A stretch of 64,000 nt of DNA from Candidatus Latescibacterota bacterium (GCA_965217585.1 OZ244561.1:2624001-2688000), one strand, 5' to 3'; positions 10,438 to 23,741 are shown, counted from the first letter of the stretch. Notes: generated by a model from the letters alone, not told the origin. Translations and numbers: made by a program.

Positions 10438-11799
10438 TTACTTGCCGATGCAAAATTGGGAGAAAATGGAATCAAGTACTTCCTCCTCTATTGTCTCTCC
10501 CAGCATCTCTCCTAGGGCATTCAAGGCGTCTTGGAGTTCGGCTACGACGCACTCATCGGGCTGGCTGGACCTCAGAAGCTCCTCTGCTACAGCACCGGAT
10601 TTAGCTACCCGCAAGAGGCAATCTTGGTGGCGTTGACGGGTGATCCCGATTCCATCTATTTCCCCTCTCTGGGGCAATAGGGCTGTCACTTCCCTCTTTA
10701 ACTCTTCAATACCGAACTCCCTAAGTGCTGATATTTCAACGGATACCGAGGCCCGTACTTCGATCTTAGATCTACTACTAATGACTGGCAAATCAACCTT
10801 GTTGAAGACAGCAATTGACTTCTTATCAGCCGGAAGCAGGTCCAACACAGCCATATCGTCCTCACACGACTCAGCCGAGCTGTCGAATACCGCTAAAACC
10901 ACGTCAGCTTCCCCAACCGCCTGAGACGCCCGTTCAATTCCCTCTTTTTCGATCAGGTTATGGCTTTGCCTAATCCCAGCCGTATCGACCAGTCGTATCG
11001 TCTCTCCTTCCCATGTGGTCCGACCTTCCACTAAATCTCGAGTCGTTCCTGGTAAGGGAGTGACTATTGCCCGGTCTTCACCGAGCAACACGTTGAGCAA
11101 TGTGGACTTACCTACGTTGGGACGCCCGATAAGCACTACTAAATATCCTTCTTGACGTCGCCTTGTTCCCTCGAATGTTTCGGCAAGCCGCAAAGAGGAC
11201 TCAACTACCTCACGCAGCGCGATCTGTATTTCTTGACGCCCAATACCATCGATGTCCTCGTCGGAAAAATCGAGCCCGATTTCGAGCAGTGATAGCATCT
11301 CAACCAATTTCCTCTTAAGCTCTTTCACCATCTTAGATAGACGGCCACTGGCCAAGCCATAGGCATTATCGAGATGCGCTTTAGAGCTGGCCTGGATGAG
11401 GTCGATTACAGCCTCAGCCTCTAATAAGTCCAACTGGCCATTGAGAAAAGCTCGACGGGTAAACTCACCTGGGGCGGCGGCGGCGGCACCCAAGCTAATC
11501 GCTTCCTCGACGACTGACTCTAATACGACTGTACTGCCGTGGCAGCTAATCTCGACTGTATCTTCACCGGTGTAAGAGTGAGGAGCTGCAAAGACCCAAG
11601 CGACTCCGGTGTCGATTTCCCGACCGCCAGCCCATATACGCCCGTATTCGACGTATCGGACTCGCTTACCGAGTGGTGGATGGGACCGAAAAATCTGCTG
11701 GCTAATAGACAAGGCTTCAGGCCCACTCAAACGCACTATCCCAATTCCCCCCTCCCCCCGTGGCGTAGAGATCGCGACAACAGTATCGGTCTGTATCAA
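10438..11799 (-). CDS. mnmE: tRNA modification GTPase MnmE
   Basis: DTVVAISTP, GEFTRRAFLNG, GRPNVGKS, DTAGIR, C-terminal FSQFCIGK; start inferred. Confidence 0.96.
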   Translation of the reverse strand: MIQTDTVVAISTPRGEGGIGIVRLSGPEALSISQQIFRSHPPLGKRVRYVEYGRIWAGGREIDTGVAWVFAAPHSYTGEDTVEISCHGSTVVLESVVEEAISLGAAAAAPGEFTRRAFLNGQLDLLEAEAVIDLIQASSKAHLDNAYGLASGRLSKMVKELKRKLVEMLSLLEIGLDFSDEDIDGIGRQEIQIALREVVESSLRLAETFEGTRRRQEGYLVVLIGRPNVGKSTLLNVLLGEDRAIVTPLPGTTRDLVEGRTTWEGETIRLVDTAGIRQSHNLIEKEGIERASQAVGEADVVLAVFDSSAESCEDDMAVLDLLPADKKSIAVFNKVDLPVISSRSKIEVRASVSVEISALREFGIEELKREVTALLPQRGEIDGIGITRQRHQDCLLRVAKSGAVAEELLRSSQPDECVVAELQDALNALGEMLGETIEEEVLDSIFSQFCIGK

Positions 11800-11821
11800 G
11801 GAATCGAGATCCGGCTGAAAT

Positions 11822-13534
11822 TCAAGTGCTGGAAGGAGTGGCTTCTTTCTTAAAATGATTGACCAATAGCTGTTGGCCAATCGTCAGGACGTTGAAGATA
11901 GTCCAGTAGAGTACTAATCCCGATGACATGCTCCAAAAGATAAAAATCATCACTGCTGGCATCATGTAAACCAGAACGGCCTGTTTGGGATCCTTCATAG
12001 TCATCTTCTGTTGGATAAGCATGGAGACAGCCATTAATAATGGCAGAACATGAAGACCGAAACCGCCGATTAGCAACTCGTCAGGAAGGGAGAGATCTTG
12101 TATCCAAAGAGTAAAAGGCGCTTGGCGCAACTCGATTGTTTTGCCAAAAAGATTGTAGAGCGAAATGAAAATAGGCATTTGCAACAAGAGCGGCAGACAC
12201 CCCCCAAGAGGATTGACGCCTTCTTCTTTATAGAGCTTCATGGTTTCGCGGCTCAGGCGTTGGTTGTCGTTCTTGTACTTCTCGCGTAGTGCGGTAATTT
12301 TCGGCTGAATCGCCTGCATTTTCGCCGCAGACTCATACGTTTTGTGCGTGAGCGGATAGACGATAATTTTGATGACAACGGCGAAAAGGACGATGATCCA
12401 CCCATAGTTGGGGATGTATTGATGGGTCGCGATAAATAGAATGAGCAGAAAGCGGCTTATCTGACTTACGATTGGCCATCCGAAATCAATAGCCTGCTCT
12501 AGTTCGGCCTCATAGCCGATGAGCTCGTCGTAGTTGAGTGGGCCCAGATAAACCGTGTTGTGCCAAGAACCAGACCGTTCGAGCCGGCGACCTATCTGAA
12601 AAGAATAGTCGGGTAGCAAATTCGACCCTTGGTGGTTGCCCTGTAAGACGACGAGAGAACGCTGCTCTCTATCGGCGGGGACGCAGGAAATCAAGAAGTA
12701 CTTGTTGCGAATACCCGCCCATTTTAGCAACCCTTTGTCCTCCAACTCGTCCGATTCCCCATCGTCTACCTTGAGTTCGACCCGTTCTTCGTTGATATAG
12801 GCAAAAGCCCGCATTTCAGGTAGGTCAATTTCCGGCTCACGCTCGGTAAACGCTATGCCGTTTTCCCAAGTGAGTATGGCTTCGGTATCGTCGTCAAACC
12901 CTTCGTGGCGCACCTGGAGATCGAATCCATAACGATCCCCATTAAAGGTCAAGACCTTTTCCAGTCTCCTGCCGCCACCGAGTTGGGCTACCATGATTAG
13001 GGATTGCTCTTCCCCGGGTCCAACCTGCAGACTCGACAGGTTGGCAACAAACTCCGCCGAGGAGATATCCTCCCTGTAGTTTGCTCTTTGTAGATGAATT
13101 CCCAAGCCGCTGCCGGCTGGAGGCAGCAGTTCGATAGTACTTCCATCTACATCTCTGTATTTTAATAGTTTACACGATGTAATAGTGCCGCCCTTTGTAG
13201 AGATAACAAAGCTTTGAAGCGGAGTTTGTACTACAATTTCTTCCGAGATAAAGGACGGACTTTCGGCCGATTCGACCCTTTCAATGCCCTGAGACCGAAC
13301 GGGTGCTGGCCCTTCCGTATGGAGCTGTTCTGCAGGCTCGGGATCTCGTATGGGCTCGGCTTCAAATTGCTCTTCAGCAACAGGGTCCGTTTCAGGGCTC
13401 GGCTTTTGCGGCATGGATTCCTGAGACGGAGACTCGGGCTTAGGATTTAGCCCCATCCATTCATTATAATAGGGAAGCAAAAGGAAAATCAAGCCGATGA
13501 CGAGAAAGGCCAACAGGGTCCGCTTATCTTCCAT
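11822..13534 (-). CDS. yidC: Membrane protein insertase YidC
   Basis: N-terminal TM, periplasmic domain, GVNPLGGCLPLLLQMPIF, SGLVLYW. Confidence 0.96.
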   Translation of the reverse strand: MEDKRTLLAFLVIGLIFLLLPYYNEWMGLNPKPESPSQESMPQKPSPETDPVAEEQFEAEPIRDPEPAEQLHTEGPAPVRSQGIERVESAESPSFISEEIVVQTPLQSFVISTKGGTITSCKLLKYRDVDGSTIELLPPAGSGLGIHLQRANYREDISSAEFVANLSSLQVGPGEEQSLIMVAQLGGGRRLEKVLTFNGDRYGFDLQVRHEGFDDDTEAILTWENGIAFTEREPEIDLPEMRAFAYINEERVELKVDDGESDELEDKGLLKWAGIRNKYFLISCVPADREQRSLVVLQGNHQGSNLLPDYSFQIGRRLERSGSWHNTVYLGPLNYDELIGYEAELEQAIDFGWPIVSQISRFLLILFIATHQYIPNYGWIIVLFAVVIKIIVYPLTHKTYESAAKMQAIQPKITALREKYKNDNQRLSRETMKLYKEEGVNPLGGCLPLLLQMPIFISLYNLFGKTIELRQAPFTLWIQDLSLPDELLIGGFGLHVLPLLMAVSMLIQQKMTMKDPKQAVLVYMMPAVMIFIFWSMSSGLVLYWTIFNVLTIGQQLLVNHFKKEATPSST

Positions 13535-13579
13535 AGGTTTTACTTACCCTTTTATAAACAACGTGTTATTAACATGCTA

Positions 13580-13789
13580 CTAGCGCAAAGGATCGTACCC
13601 ATGCCCTCCCCAAGGATGGCAACGACTAATCCGCTTTAGCGCAAGCATCCCGCCTTTGAGTGTCCCGTACTTATCTAGTGCTTCTTCGGCATATTGGGAA
13701 CAAGTAGGTTGATAACGACAGGATGGAGGAAGGTATGGAGACAGGAGAAGACGGTAGGCTCGGACGACGAAAAGGACGATTTGCTTCAT
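13580..13789 (-). CDS. yidD: Membrane protein insertion efficiency factor
   Basis: CRYQPTCSQY, RISRCHPWGGHGYDP. Confidence 0.95.
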   Translation of the reverse strand: MKQIVLFVVRAYRLLLSPYLPPSCRYQPTCSQYAEEALDKYGTLKGGMLALKRISRCHPWGGHGYDPLR

Positions 13790-14046
13790 AGTGGGACGAG
13801 ATTTGCTACCAAGGAGTCCAGTTCCCTTTCCAAGTCAGCAAAGGGAGCTTCAACGGCTGACGGTTGGCAGAAAACGACCAGATTGCGAGGAAAGTACGGA
13901 TGGCTGCGGCAAATGCTGCGCAGGCGCCGCTTGAGTCGGTTGCGCTTTACAGCATTGCCCAGCTTGCGGCGGACGACAAATATTTGACCGCGATCTTCCC
14001 GACCGCAGCGGATCCAAAAGCAACGGCCTCTAACCCAGGCCATCAA
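13786..14046 (-). CDS. rnpA: RNase P protein component (unusually short, 86 aa)
   Basis: KLGNAVKRNRLKRRLR RNR motif; located between rpmH and yidD. Confidence 0.85.
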   Translation of the reverse strand: MMAWVRGRCFWIRCGREDRGQIFVVRRKLGNAVKRNRLKRRLRSICRSHPYFPRNLVVFCQPSAVEAPFADLERELDSLVANLVPL

Positions 14047-14049
14047 ACG

Positions 14050-14184
14050 CTAGACTGCTAGCTGCTTGCGGCCCTTCCGACGACGACGATTGATTATATT
14101 GCGACCGGCTGGAGTGCTCATGCGCTTGCGAAAACCGTGCTTGTTGCGGCGGCGCCTGTTGCTAGGCTGAAAAGTGCGTTTCAA
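14050..14184 (-). CDS. rpmH: 50S ribosomal protein L34
   Basis: TTG start, [21 protein letters not shown]. Confidence 0.97.
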   Translation of the reverse strand: MKRTFQPSNRRRRNKHGFRKRMSTPAGRNIINRRRRKGRKQLAV

Positions 14185-14236
14185 AATAAAATTTTCACCT
14201 CGCGTTAGTTTATGCGCAGTATACGCAAAATAGTTC

Positions 14237-14265
14237 AATTTAGTGGCTATTCTAATTGGTGTCAA
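14237..14265 (-). promoter_or_regulatory. Sigma70-type promoter of the rpmH operon
   Basis: TTGACA-17 nt-TAAATT on the minus strand. Confidence 0.65.
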
Positions 14266-14320
14266 TACTTTTAACTCTTTGAACGCTAACGAATTTTAAC
14301 GGCAACCCCGAGGGAGACTC

Positions 14321-14349
14321 TTGACTGCCATACGCCTTCTTTATAGGTT
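14321..14349 (+). promoter_or_regulatory. Sigma70-type promoter of dnaA
   Basis: TTGACT-17 nt-TAGGTT. Confidence 0.6.
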
Positions 14350-14355
14350 GAAAAA

Positions 14356-15744
14356 ATGGCACTGAAAATACAAGATCCCCAAGAACTCTGGGCTCAATGT
14401 CTGCTCAATATCGAGCGTCAGGTTCGTCCCCAAAGTTTTGCTAATTGGTTTCTCCAGACTTCAGTAAACCACTTCGACGAAAACTCGTTGGTCATCCAAG
14501 TTCCCAGTGCATTTTCCGCCGCTTGGGTAGAGGAGCACTACTTGCAGATGATCCAATCAGTAGTACGGGAAGAGACAGCGCTGACTCCAAAGATCTCTTT
14601 TGTCGTTGCACAAGCACCCCAACCAGCTCTCGATCAAGTACTCCCTATCCCTGCTCCTGAAGAAGAATCCACAGAAGACGAACAAGAAGAAGTAGAAGCC
14701 GGTCCCGCTCAAATATCGCTCAACCAGCGCTATACCTTTGAAGAATTCATCATTGGCGATAGCAATCAAATTGCCCTTGCAACGGCCTTAGCCGTAGCTA
14801 ATGCCCCAGGTAAGACGGAATTTAATCCCCTCGTGATTTATGGCGGTGCCGGGCTAGGTAAAACACATCTGCTCCAAGCGATTGGGCATCACGCTCATAG
14901 CCTCAACCTAGCTAAGAAGGTCGTTTTCGTCACCTCGGAAAAATTTATGGGCGATTTCGTCCAAGCGCTCGCTCAAGGCCGCGATAAGACGAGTGAGTTT
15001 AAGAATTTCTACCGCAGCGCGGATATCCTCCTTGTCGACGACATCCAGTTTCTGCTCCACGGCGAACGGACCCAAAACGAATTTTTTCACACCTTTAATG
15101 CCTTGCACCAGTCCGAGAAGCAGATTGTCATGACCTGTGACAGTCCTCCTGGCCATCTTGATGGGTTAGAAGAAAGGCTGAAATCCCGCTTCATATGGGG
15201 TTTGGCCACCGCAATAAATCCGCCTGAGCTCGAGACTCGGATCGCCATCCTCCACAAAAAGGCCGAGCGCAACGGTATCCGGATTCCCAATGATGTGGCC
15301 GCTCTTTTGGGGAATTATATCCGATCGAATGTCCGCGAACTTGAAGGTACGTTGATTAGCTTGATGGCCTACTGCTCAATCCATAAGAAGGAACTCGACA
15401 TCGAGGCGGCCAAGCATATTCTAGATGAATTGGGGCCCAGCCCATCGGAACTGAGCATTGAGGCGATCCAGCAGCAGGTCGCTGACCACTTTAACCTGAC
15501 TCAGGAGCAACTCACTGGAAAAGGACGCAAGCAAGAAGTTGTAGCAGCACGGCACCTTGCTATGTTCCTAATCAAGCGTCTAATCGGCAGTCATTTCACT
15601 ACCATTGGCCTGCACTTCGGCAACCGCGATCACAGCTCAATCATCCACGCTGTACGCACTGTTGAGAAGAGGTGTAAAAACGATCCCGCCTTCGCCAGAC
15701 TAGCCGAGGATTTGTCCAATACCATCCGTCGGCAAAACCGCTAA
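14356..15744 (+). CDS. dnaA: Chromosomal replication initiator DnaA
   Basis: FNPLVIYGGAGLGKTHLL, LLVDDIQF, NVRELEG, FGNRDHSSIIHA. Confidence 0.98.
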   Translation: MALKIQDPQELWAQCLLNIERQVRPQSFANWFLQTSVNHFDENSLVIQVPSAFSAAWVEEHYLQMIQSVVREETALTPKISFVVAQAPQPALDQVLPIPAPEEESTEDEQEEVEAGPAQISLNQRYTFEEFIIGDSNQIALATALAVANAPGKTEFNPLVIYGGAGLGKTHLLQAIGHHAHSLNLAKKVVFVTSEKFMGDFVQALAQGRDKTSEFKNFYRSADILLVDDIQFLLHGERTQNEFFHTFNALHQSEKQIVMTCDSPPGHLDGLEERLKSRFIWGLATAINPPELETRIAILHKKAERNGIRIPNDVAALLGNYIRSNVRELEGTLISLMAYCSIHKKELDIEAAKHILDELGPSPSELSIEAIQQQVADHFNLTQEQLTGKGRKQEVVAARHLAMFLIKRLIGSHFTTIGLHFGNRDHSSIIHAVRTVEKRCKNDPAFARLAEDLSNTIRRQNR

Positions 15745-16218
15745 CCCTAAGCCCAACCCCCATCTCTTAGACCTCTTTGTCTGTATTTTTCAGAACCATA
15801 GTGCCTATTTGGCAGTGGAAAACTATTAACACCTATCCCCGTCTAAGTATTGATTCAGTGTGGATAAGTCTATAAAAAAAAGAAAACCGTCATTTTTAAC
15901 TTTCCGACTGTGAAAAACTCAAGTTTTCCACTCCACAATCCACAGACGAACTCCTGCCGCTAAATCATCCCTCTTATTTATAAACATCTTATTAACAATA
16001 TGTTTTGTTGTTTAGGGATAAATCCCTAAGACAGTTATCCACATATCCACAGCATAACTAGAACTTCAAAAGTAAAAGAACACAAAAAAGTGTAGCCTTA
16101 TTAAAAAGATAGATGTGGATTGTCCCATCTCAAACACACACACCTTTTTGTTTTTTTACACACACCTACCCATATGTTCCCTTGTATTAAAAATGAGACA
16201 CTATAAATATAATGGAAC
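15745..16218. other. oriC
   Basis: AT-rich dnaA-dnaN intergenic region; TGTGGATAA at 15859; tandem TTATCCACA (16035) and ATATCCACA (16043) followed by NAN trinucleotides (CAT AAC TAG AAC TTC AAA) resembling DnaA-trios; several degenerate boxes; core gene orientation diverges around this locus. Confidence 0.9.
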
Positions 16219-16247
16219 TTGACATAAGTAGGCATGAAAGCTAAGTT
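16219..16247 (+). promoter_or_regulatory. Sigma70-type promoter of dnaN
   Basis: TTGACA-17 nt-TAAGTT. Confidence 0.6.
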
Positions 16248-16299
16248 TATTTAAGTCTTTGAAGGACGATATTCTCAGAAGGATAATCCGAGAAGCTTT

Positions 16300-17463
16300 A
16301 TGAAGTTACGAGTAAATCGCAATGAGTTATGGCGGGGCATTGATACTGTATTAGAAGCCGTGTCTTCAAAGCCCTCCCTGCCGGTGTTGGCTAATATCTT
16401 GCTTGAAGCCGATGAGAAAACCCTATCCCTATCTGCGACGGATTTAGATTTGTCCATCCGGACTCAAGTCCCTGCTATAGTAGAAGAAAACGGGAGGACG
16501 ACTGTTTCGGCGCGCAAGCTGGCAGAAATCACCCGAGAATGGCCTGAGGCGGAACTGAGTATTGAGGTGCAAGACGATCGACTCAAGCTCTCAGGGCGGC
16601 TCGGGGACGCCGAGAGCAGCGAAGGAGCGTATAGCCTGTCGGGAATAGAGGCTGAAGAGTTTCCCAGTATGCCGACAGCACTTGACGGCGTAAGCCTGAG
16701 TTTGGGGGAGGACGAAGCCGAGACCCATGTTCTAGTAGGCATGATCAACAAGACGGCCTTTGCCGTCTCCGGGGATGATACGCGACCAGTGTTCAACGGG
16801 GTGCTCTGGCGCATCGATGCCCAGGGAATGGAGATGGTGGCTACCGACGGGTCGCGCTTAGCCTGTTGCAGACTAGCCATAGATTTGCAGGATCAGGTAC
16901 AGGCCGATCAAGAGACCGCGGTCATTGTTCCCCCTCAAGCGCTGATCCAGATCGTCAAATTGCTGGGTAGCCATAAAGGGCCAGTCAAGGTCACGCTAGG
17001 CGAGACGCAGATACTGTTTGATATAGGACATACGCATTTGCTGTCGCGTCTGATCGAGGGACCTTATGTCAACTATGCCCAAGTCATTCCTCAGAACAAC
17101 CAAAAAGAACTAAGAATAGCCAGCGAAGATCTTCTGCCGGCCGTACGCCGGGTATCCATCCTATCTAGTTCCTATACGCGTCAAGTGCGTTTTAAGCTAA
17201 ATAGTGGCCAGGTGGAGCTATCGGCCGCCAGCCCCGAAATCGGTGGTGAAGCGAGGGAGGTCGTGCCCGCCCAATATGCCTCTGAAGAGATAGAGGTTGG
17301 CTACAACGCCCAGTATTTGATCGAGATACTGCGCAGAATGGACGCGTCCGAGGTCCGTTTCGAGCTCAATGACCACGTCACAGCAGCTCTGTTGCGACCG
17401 ATGGAACAAAAGGAAGGTGAGGACTACTTCTGCTTGCTAATGCCCTTGCGGCCGACAGGATGA
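16300..17463 (+). CDS. dnaN: DNA polymerase III beta clamp
   Basis: LSATDLD, MVATDGSRLA, SRLIEGPY, LLMPLR. Confidence 0.96.
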   Translation: MKLRVNRNELWRGIDTVLEAVSSKPSLPVLANILLEADEKTLSLSATDLDLSIRTQVPAIVEENGRTTVSARKLAEITREWPEAELSIEVQDDRLKLSGRLGDAESSEGAYSLSGIEAEEFPSMPTALDGVSLSLGEDEAETHVLVGMINKTAFAVSGDDTRPVFNGVLWRIDAQGMEMVATDGSRLACCRLAIDLQDQVQADQETAVIVPPQALIQIVKLLGSHKGPVKVTLGETQILFDIGHTHLLSRLIEGPYVNYAQVIPQNNQKELRIASEDLLPAVRRVSILSSSYTRQVRFKLNSGQVELSAASPEIGGEAREVVPAQYASEEIEVGYNAQYLIEILRRMDASEVRFELNDHVTAALLRPMEQKEGEDYFCLLMPLRPTG

Positions 17464-17477
17464 GGTAAGCAGGCCTA

Positions 17478-18540
17478 GTGCGGATCCGTGAATTAACGCT
17501 TAGACCCTTCCGAAATTTTGCCGCGATTCGCTTGACCTTTGCAGCAGATCATGTGCTGATTTTTGGTCCAAACGGCCGTGGTAAAAGCAATATTCTAGAA
17601 GCGATTTCCTACCTATCTATCGGTAAGTCAGTGCGCGGGGCCAAGGATCAACACGTCGTGCCGCACGGCGAGGACTTCTTTGATATCCGAGCCTTGTGCA
17701 CTGATGGTCGCCACGACCAGCAATTACGCGTCTTTTACGGTAAAAAGGAGGGCAAGAAGGCATTTGCTGATGCCAGTGCCTTGCCCCGAGTATCGGAGTT
17801 GCTGGGCACCTTCCGCACCGTTCACTTCTCCCCTGAAGACATATCGCTGGTACTGCGCTTCCCGGCCCAGCGAAGGCGGCTCCTCGACATACTTATCGCG
17901 CAGTCTAGCGCAGCGTACTTACGATATATGCAGCGCTATTACCGCGTGTTAGCCCAGAGAAACCACTTGTTGCGCACCGCAAAAAAGTCGAGGCACGGGC
18001 TTGTCGACAGTCAAGTAATGGAACCGTGGAATGCCCAGTTAGTGGATTTGGGAGCCCAACTTCGACTCCATCGCTTGGACGCGCTGAATACGTTGAGGGC
18101 GCCCTTTGTCCGCTACTACGGTCGCTTCGCCTTGGCGGGCGAAGCCGCCGCCGTTGTCTATCAAGGTGCCAAGGAGCAGGATCTGGAGGCCCTTAGAGCT
18201 GAATTGCGCGAAGCACTTGGTCGCCGCAGGGAACAGGAGGCTCAAATAGGATATACGCTCTGTGGGCCACATCGAGACGATTTGAAATTCACATTGAACA
18301 AAGAACAGGCCGACCTCTATGCCTCCGAGGGGCAGCTAAGAACCGTACTCATATCGTGGAAACTAGCTGAGGCCTGCTATATGGAGGAGCAAACAGGCCG
18401 GCAGCCCGTACTGCTCTTAGATGATGCCTTTTCAGAGCTGGACCCTGGCCGGATTGGAGAACTATTGGACATAGTTGGTGAATTTGAACAGGTCATAGCG
18501 ACGACCCCCCAAGAGCCTAATACAAGGCAGGCAGCCCGTT

Positions 18541-18566
<26 letters not shown>
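17478..18566 (+). CDS. recF: DNA replication/repair protein RecF
   Basis: GPNGRGKSNILEAI, GPHRDDL, SEGQ, LLLDDAFSELD. Confidence 0.96.
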
Positions 18567-20875
<2,309 letters not shown>

Positions 20876-20903
20876 ATTAGACAACAAAGCTAGGATTTAA
20901 TTA

Positions 20904-23429
20904 ATGCTCGAACAGCAAGAAAGCCGGGTCATCCGGGTCAAAATTGAAGAGGAGCTCAAAACCTCCTTCCTCGACTATTCAATGAGCTTCATACTGTCGC
21001 GCGCCCTACCCGATGTCCGCGATGGTCTCAAGCCATCCCAGCGCCGCATCATGGTAGCGATGAACGACTTGAGCCTTTTTCCCAACCGCGGCTACCGCAA
21101 ATGCGCAAAAATCGCCGGCGATACCTCTGGCAACTACCACCCACACGGCGAAGCCATTGTCTATCCGACATTAGTGCATATGGCGCAGAATTTTCGCTTG
21201 CGTTATCCGCTGGTCCAGGGCCAAGGTAACTTCGGTTCAATTGATGGCTACCCTCCGGCGGCCATGCGCTACACGGAGGCGAGGCTGAGCTGGCCGGCGA
21301 TGGAGCTTCTAACGGATCTCGACAAGAATACCGTCGAATTCGCCAGCAACTACGACGAGACCCAACAAGAGCCGCTGGTTTTGCCGTCTAGGTTTCCCAA
21401 CCTGATCTGCAACGGCTCAATGGGCATTGCCGTCGGCATGGCCACCAAGATTCCGCCGCACAACCTGCGGGAAGTCGCCAGTGGCCTCAAGGCGCTGATC
21501 GATCATCCCGAGATTTCCATTGCCGAGTTGGTTGAGCATGTCAAAGCTCCAGATTTTCCCACCGGCGGAATCATCTACGGCATAAGCGGGGTGCAGCAGG
21601 CCTACGCAACGGGCAGGGGGCTGATCTATATCAGAGCGCGGGCGGATATTGAGACCCTCAAGAATGGCCGCGAGAACATCGTCGTCACCGAAATCCCCTT
21701 CTTAGTAAACAAGGCTAGCCTATTAGAGAAAATCGCCGATCTGGTGCGCGACAAAACCATCGACGGACTTGCCAATATTCGCGACGAATCGGGCCGCAAG
21801 GGTCTGCGCATTGTATTTGAGTGCAAGCGGGACGCCCAAGCCGAAGTCGTGCTCAACCAGCTCTATAGCCATAGCATGTTGCAGACTACCTATGGGGTCA
21901 TGATGCTGGCTATTGTCAATGGCCGTCCTGAGACGCTCAATCTCAAGCAGATGCTGCAGCACTACATCGATCACCGCCATGAGGTGATCGTGCGCCGCAC
22001 ACAATTCGACTTGGAGAAGGCCGAAGCTCGGGCGCACATCCTGGAAGGCCTGCGCTTCGCCTTGGACCACATTGACTTAGTAATTGAGACTATCCGCCGC
22101 TCGTCGAGTCCGGCAGATGCTCAGGAGCGGCTGGCGGTCATCCGTCCCACGACAGCAGACACGTTGAGTAAAGAAGCGACTGACGTGCAATTTGAGTTGA
22201 GCGAGCGACAGATCCAAGCCATCCTAAGCATGCCGTTGCAGCGCTTGACAGGCTTGGAGCGCGACAAAATTGAGGCCGAGTACAAGGGATTGGTAACGAC
22301 GGTTGAGGATCAGAGGGGCATTCTCGCCAGCCAAGAGCGGCAGATGCAGATCATCAAGGACGAGATCGATGAGATCACCGAGCGCTTCGGCGACGAGCGC
22401 CGCACCGAGATCGTCTATTCAGCCGAGGAATTTGACATTGAGGACTTGATTGCCGAAGAGGACATGGTCGTCACCATCTCGCGCAGTGGCTATATCAAGC
22501 GCCTACCCCCTAGGGCCTACCGAGTACAGAATCGCGGAGGGCGTGGGGTGACGGGTATGAAGACCAAGGAAGAGGACTTTGTCGAACACCTCTTCGTGGC
22601 TTCGACCCACTCCTATATCATGTTCTTGACTGCCAAGGGCAAGTGTTATTGGCTCAAGGTCTTTCGCATACCCGAAGGTGACCGCACGGCTCAGGGGCGG
22701 TCGATAGCCAACCTGTTGCCGCTTGGCCAAGACGACCAGATATGCGCCATCGTACCAGTCCAAGAGTTCTCTGACGATCGGTACTTGTTCACGGCTACGC
22801 GCAACGGCATTGTCAAGAAGACTAGGCTTTCGGCCTACCAGAACATCCGCCGCGACGGGATCATCGCCCTGAAGATCCAAGACGACGACGACCTGATTGG
22901 GGCGGCCATCACCGACGGACGGCAGGATATTTCCCTGTTGACGCGCAACGGCCAAGCCATGCGCTTTAGCGAAGGCGAAGTCCGCGCTATGGGCCGGGTT
23001 TCTACGGGCGTTAAAGGAATTAGCTTACGCCAAGGGGATGAGGTTGTGGACATGGTCGTGGTGCGCGAAAGCAGTACCTTGCTAACCATTTGCGAAAACG
23101 GCTATGGCAAGCGCACGAGCCAGACCGAGTACCCCTGCAAGCACCGCGGCGGTCGGGGCGTCATCGACATCAAGACCACCCCACGCAATGGCCCCGTAGT
23201 CGCCTGTAGGGAGATCGAAGCCGAAGAGGAGGTCATGGTGGTGACCCAAAACGGTATTATGATCCGCATTTCCGTACAAGGGCTATCCACCATTGGGCGC
23301 AATACCCAAGGAGTTAGGGTGATCAATCTGGACGAGGGTGACCGAGTTATCGACATGGCCCCGCTGCCTGGCAGCGAGGAAGAGAGTGGCTGGGAAAACG
23401 GCGCGGTCGATGAGGAGGCATCGGGTTGA
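20904..23429 (+). CDS. gyrA: DNA gyrase subunit A
   Basis: [19 protein letters not shown] catalytic Tyr, GyrA-box QNRGGRG, C-terminal beta-pinwheel repeats. Confidence 0.97.
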   Translation: MLEQQESRVIRVKIEEELKTSFLDYSMSFILSRALPDVRDGLKPSQRRIMVAMNDLSLFPNRGYRKCAKIAGDTSGNYHPHGEAIVYPTLVHMAQNFRLRYPLVQGQGNFGSIDGYPPAAMRYTEARLSWPAMELLTDLDKNTVEFASNYDETQQEPLVLPSRFPNLICNGSMGIAVGMATKIPPHNLREVASGLKALIDHPEISIAELVEHVKAPDFPTGGIIYGISGVQQAYATGRGLIYIRARADIETLKNGRENIVVTEIPFLVNKASLLEKIADLVRDKTIDGLANIRDESGRKGLRIVFECKRDAQAEVVLNQLYSHSMLQTTYGVMMLAIVNGRPETLNLKQMLQHYIDHRHEVIVRRTQFDLEKAEARAHILEGLRFALDHIDLVIETIRRSSSPADAQERLAVIRPTTADTLSKEATDVQFELSERQIQAILSMPLQRLTGLERDKIEAEYKGLVTTVEDQRGILASQERQMQIIKDEIDEITERFGDERRTEIVYSAEEFDIEDLIAEEDMVVTISRSGYIKRLPPRAYRVQNRGGRGVTGMKTKEEDFVEHLFVASTHSYIMFLTAKGKCYWLKVFRIPEGDRTAQGRSIANLLPLGQDDQICAIVPVQEFSDDRYLFTATRNGIVKKTRLSAYQNIRRDGIIALKIQDDDDLIGAAITDGRQDISLLTRNGQAMRFSEGEVRAMGRVSTGVKGISLRQGDEVVDMVVVRESSTLLTICENGYGKRTSQTEYPCKHRGGRGVIDIKTTPRNGPVVACREIEAEEEVMVVTQNGIMIRISVQGLSTIGRNTQGVRVINLDEGDRVIDMAPLPGSEEESGWENGAVDEEASG

Positions 23430-23454
23430 CCTACGATAGGGCCTCGTGTATATT
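23426..23454 (+). promoter_or_regulatory. Promoter of the tRNA cluster
   Basis: TTGACC-17 nt-TATATT overlapping the gyrA stop, 16 nt before tRNA-Ser. Confidence 0.65.
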
Positions 23455-23470
23455 TCTCTCCTTGAGAAAA

Positions 23471-23557
23471 GGAGGGTTAGACCTAATTGGTAAGGCAGCG
23501 GTCTTGAAAACCGCCGGGCTCACGCCCTTGAGGGTTCGAGTCCCTCACCCTCCGCCA
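23471..23557 (+). tRNA. tRNA-Ser(TGA)
   Basis: Cloverleaf; anticodon arm GCGGT-CT-TGA-AA-ACCGC; long variable arm; GGTTCGAG; CCA end. Confidence 0.95.
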
Positions 23558-23635
23558 GTTTACCATTTGATACCGCCACAATCCCATCCTTTTTAGCGGT
23601 GGGAGCACGTCAAAAGTTTATTTTGCAATGGTCGC

Positions 23636-23729
<94 letters not shown>

Positions 23730-23741
23730 ATCTGCGTTAGT

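Noticed and set aside
23471-23557. tRNA with TGA in the anticodon loop read as Sec or an opal suppressor
   Set aside because: Anticodon UGA decodes the Ser codon UCA; a Sec tRNA would have anticodon UCA
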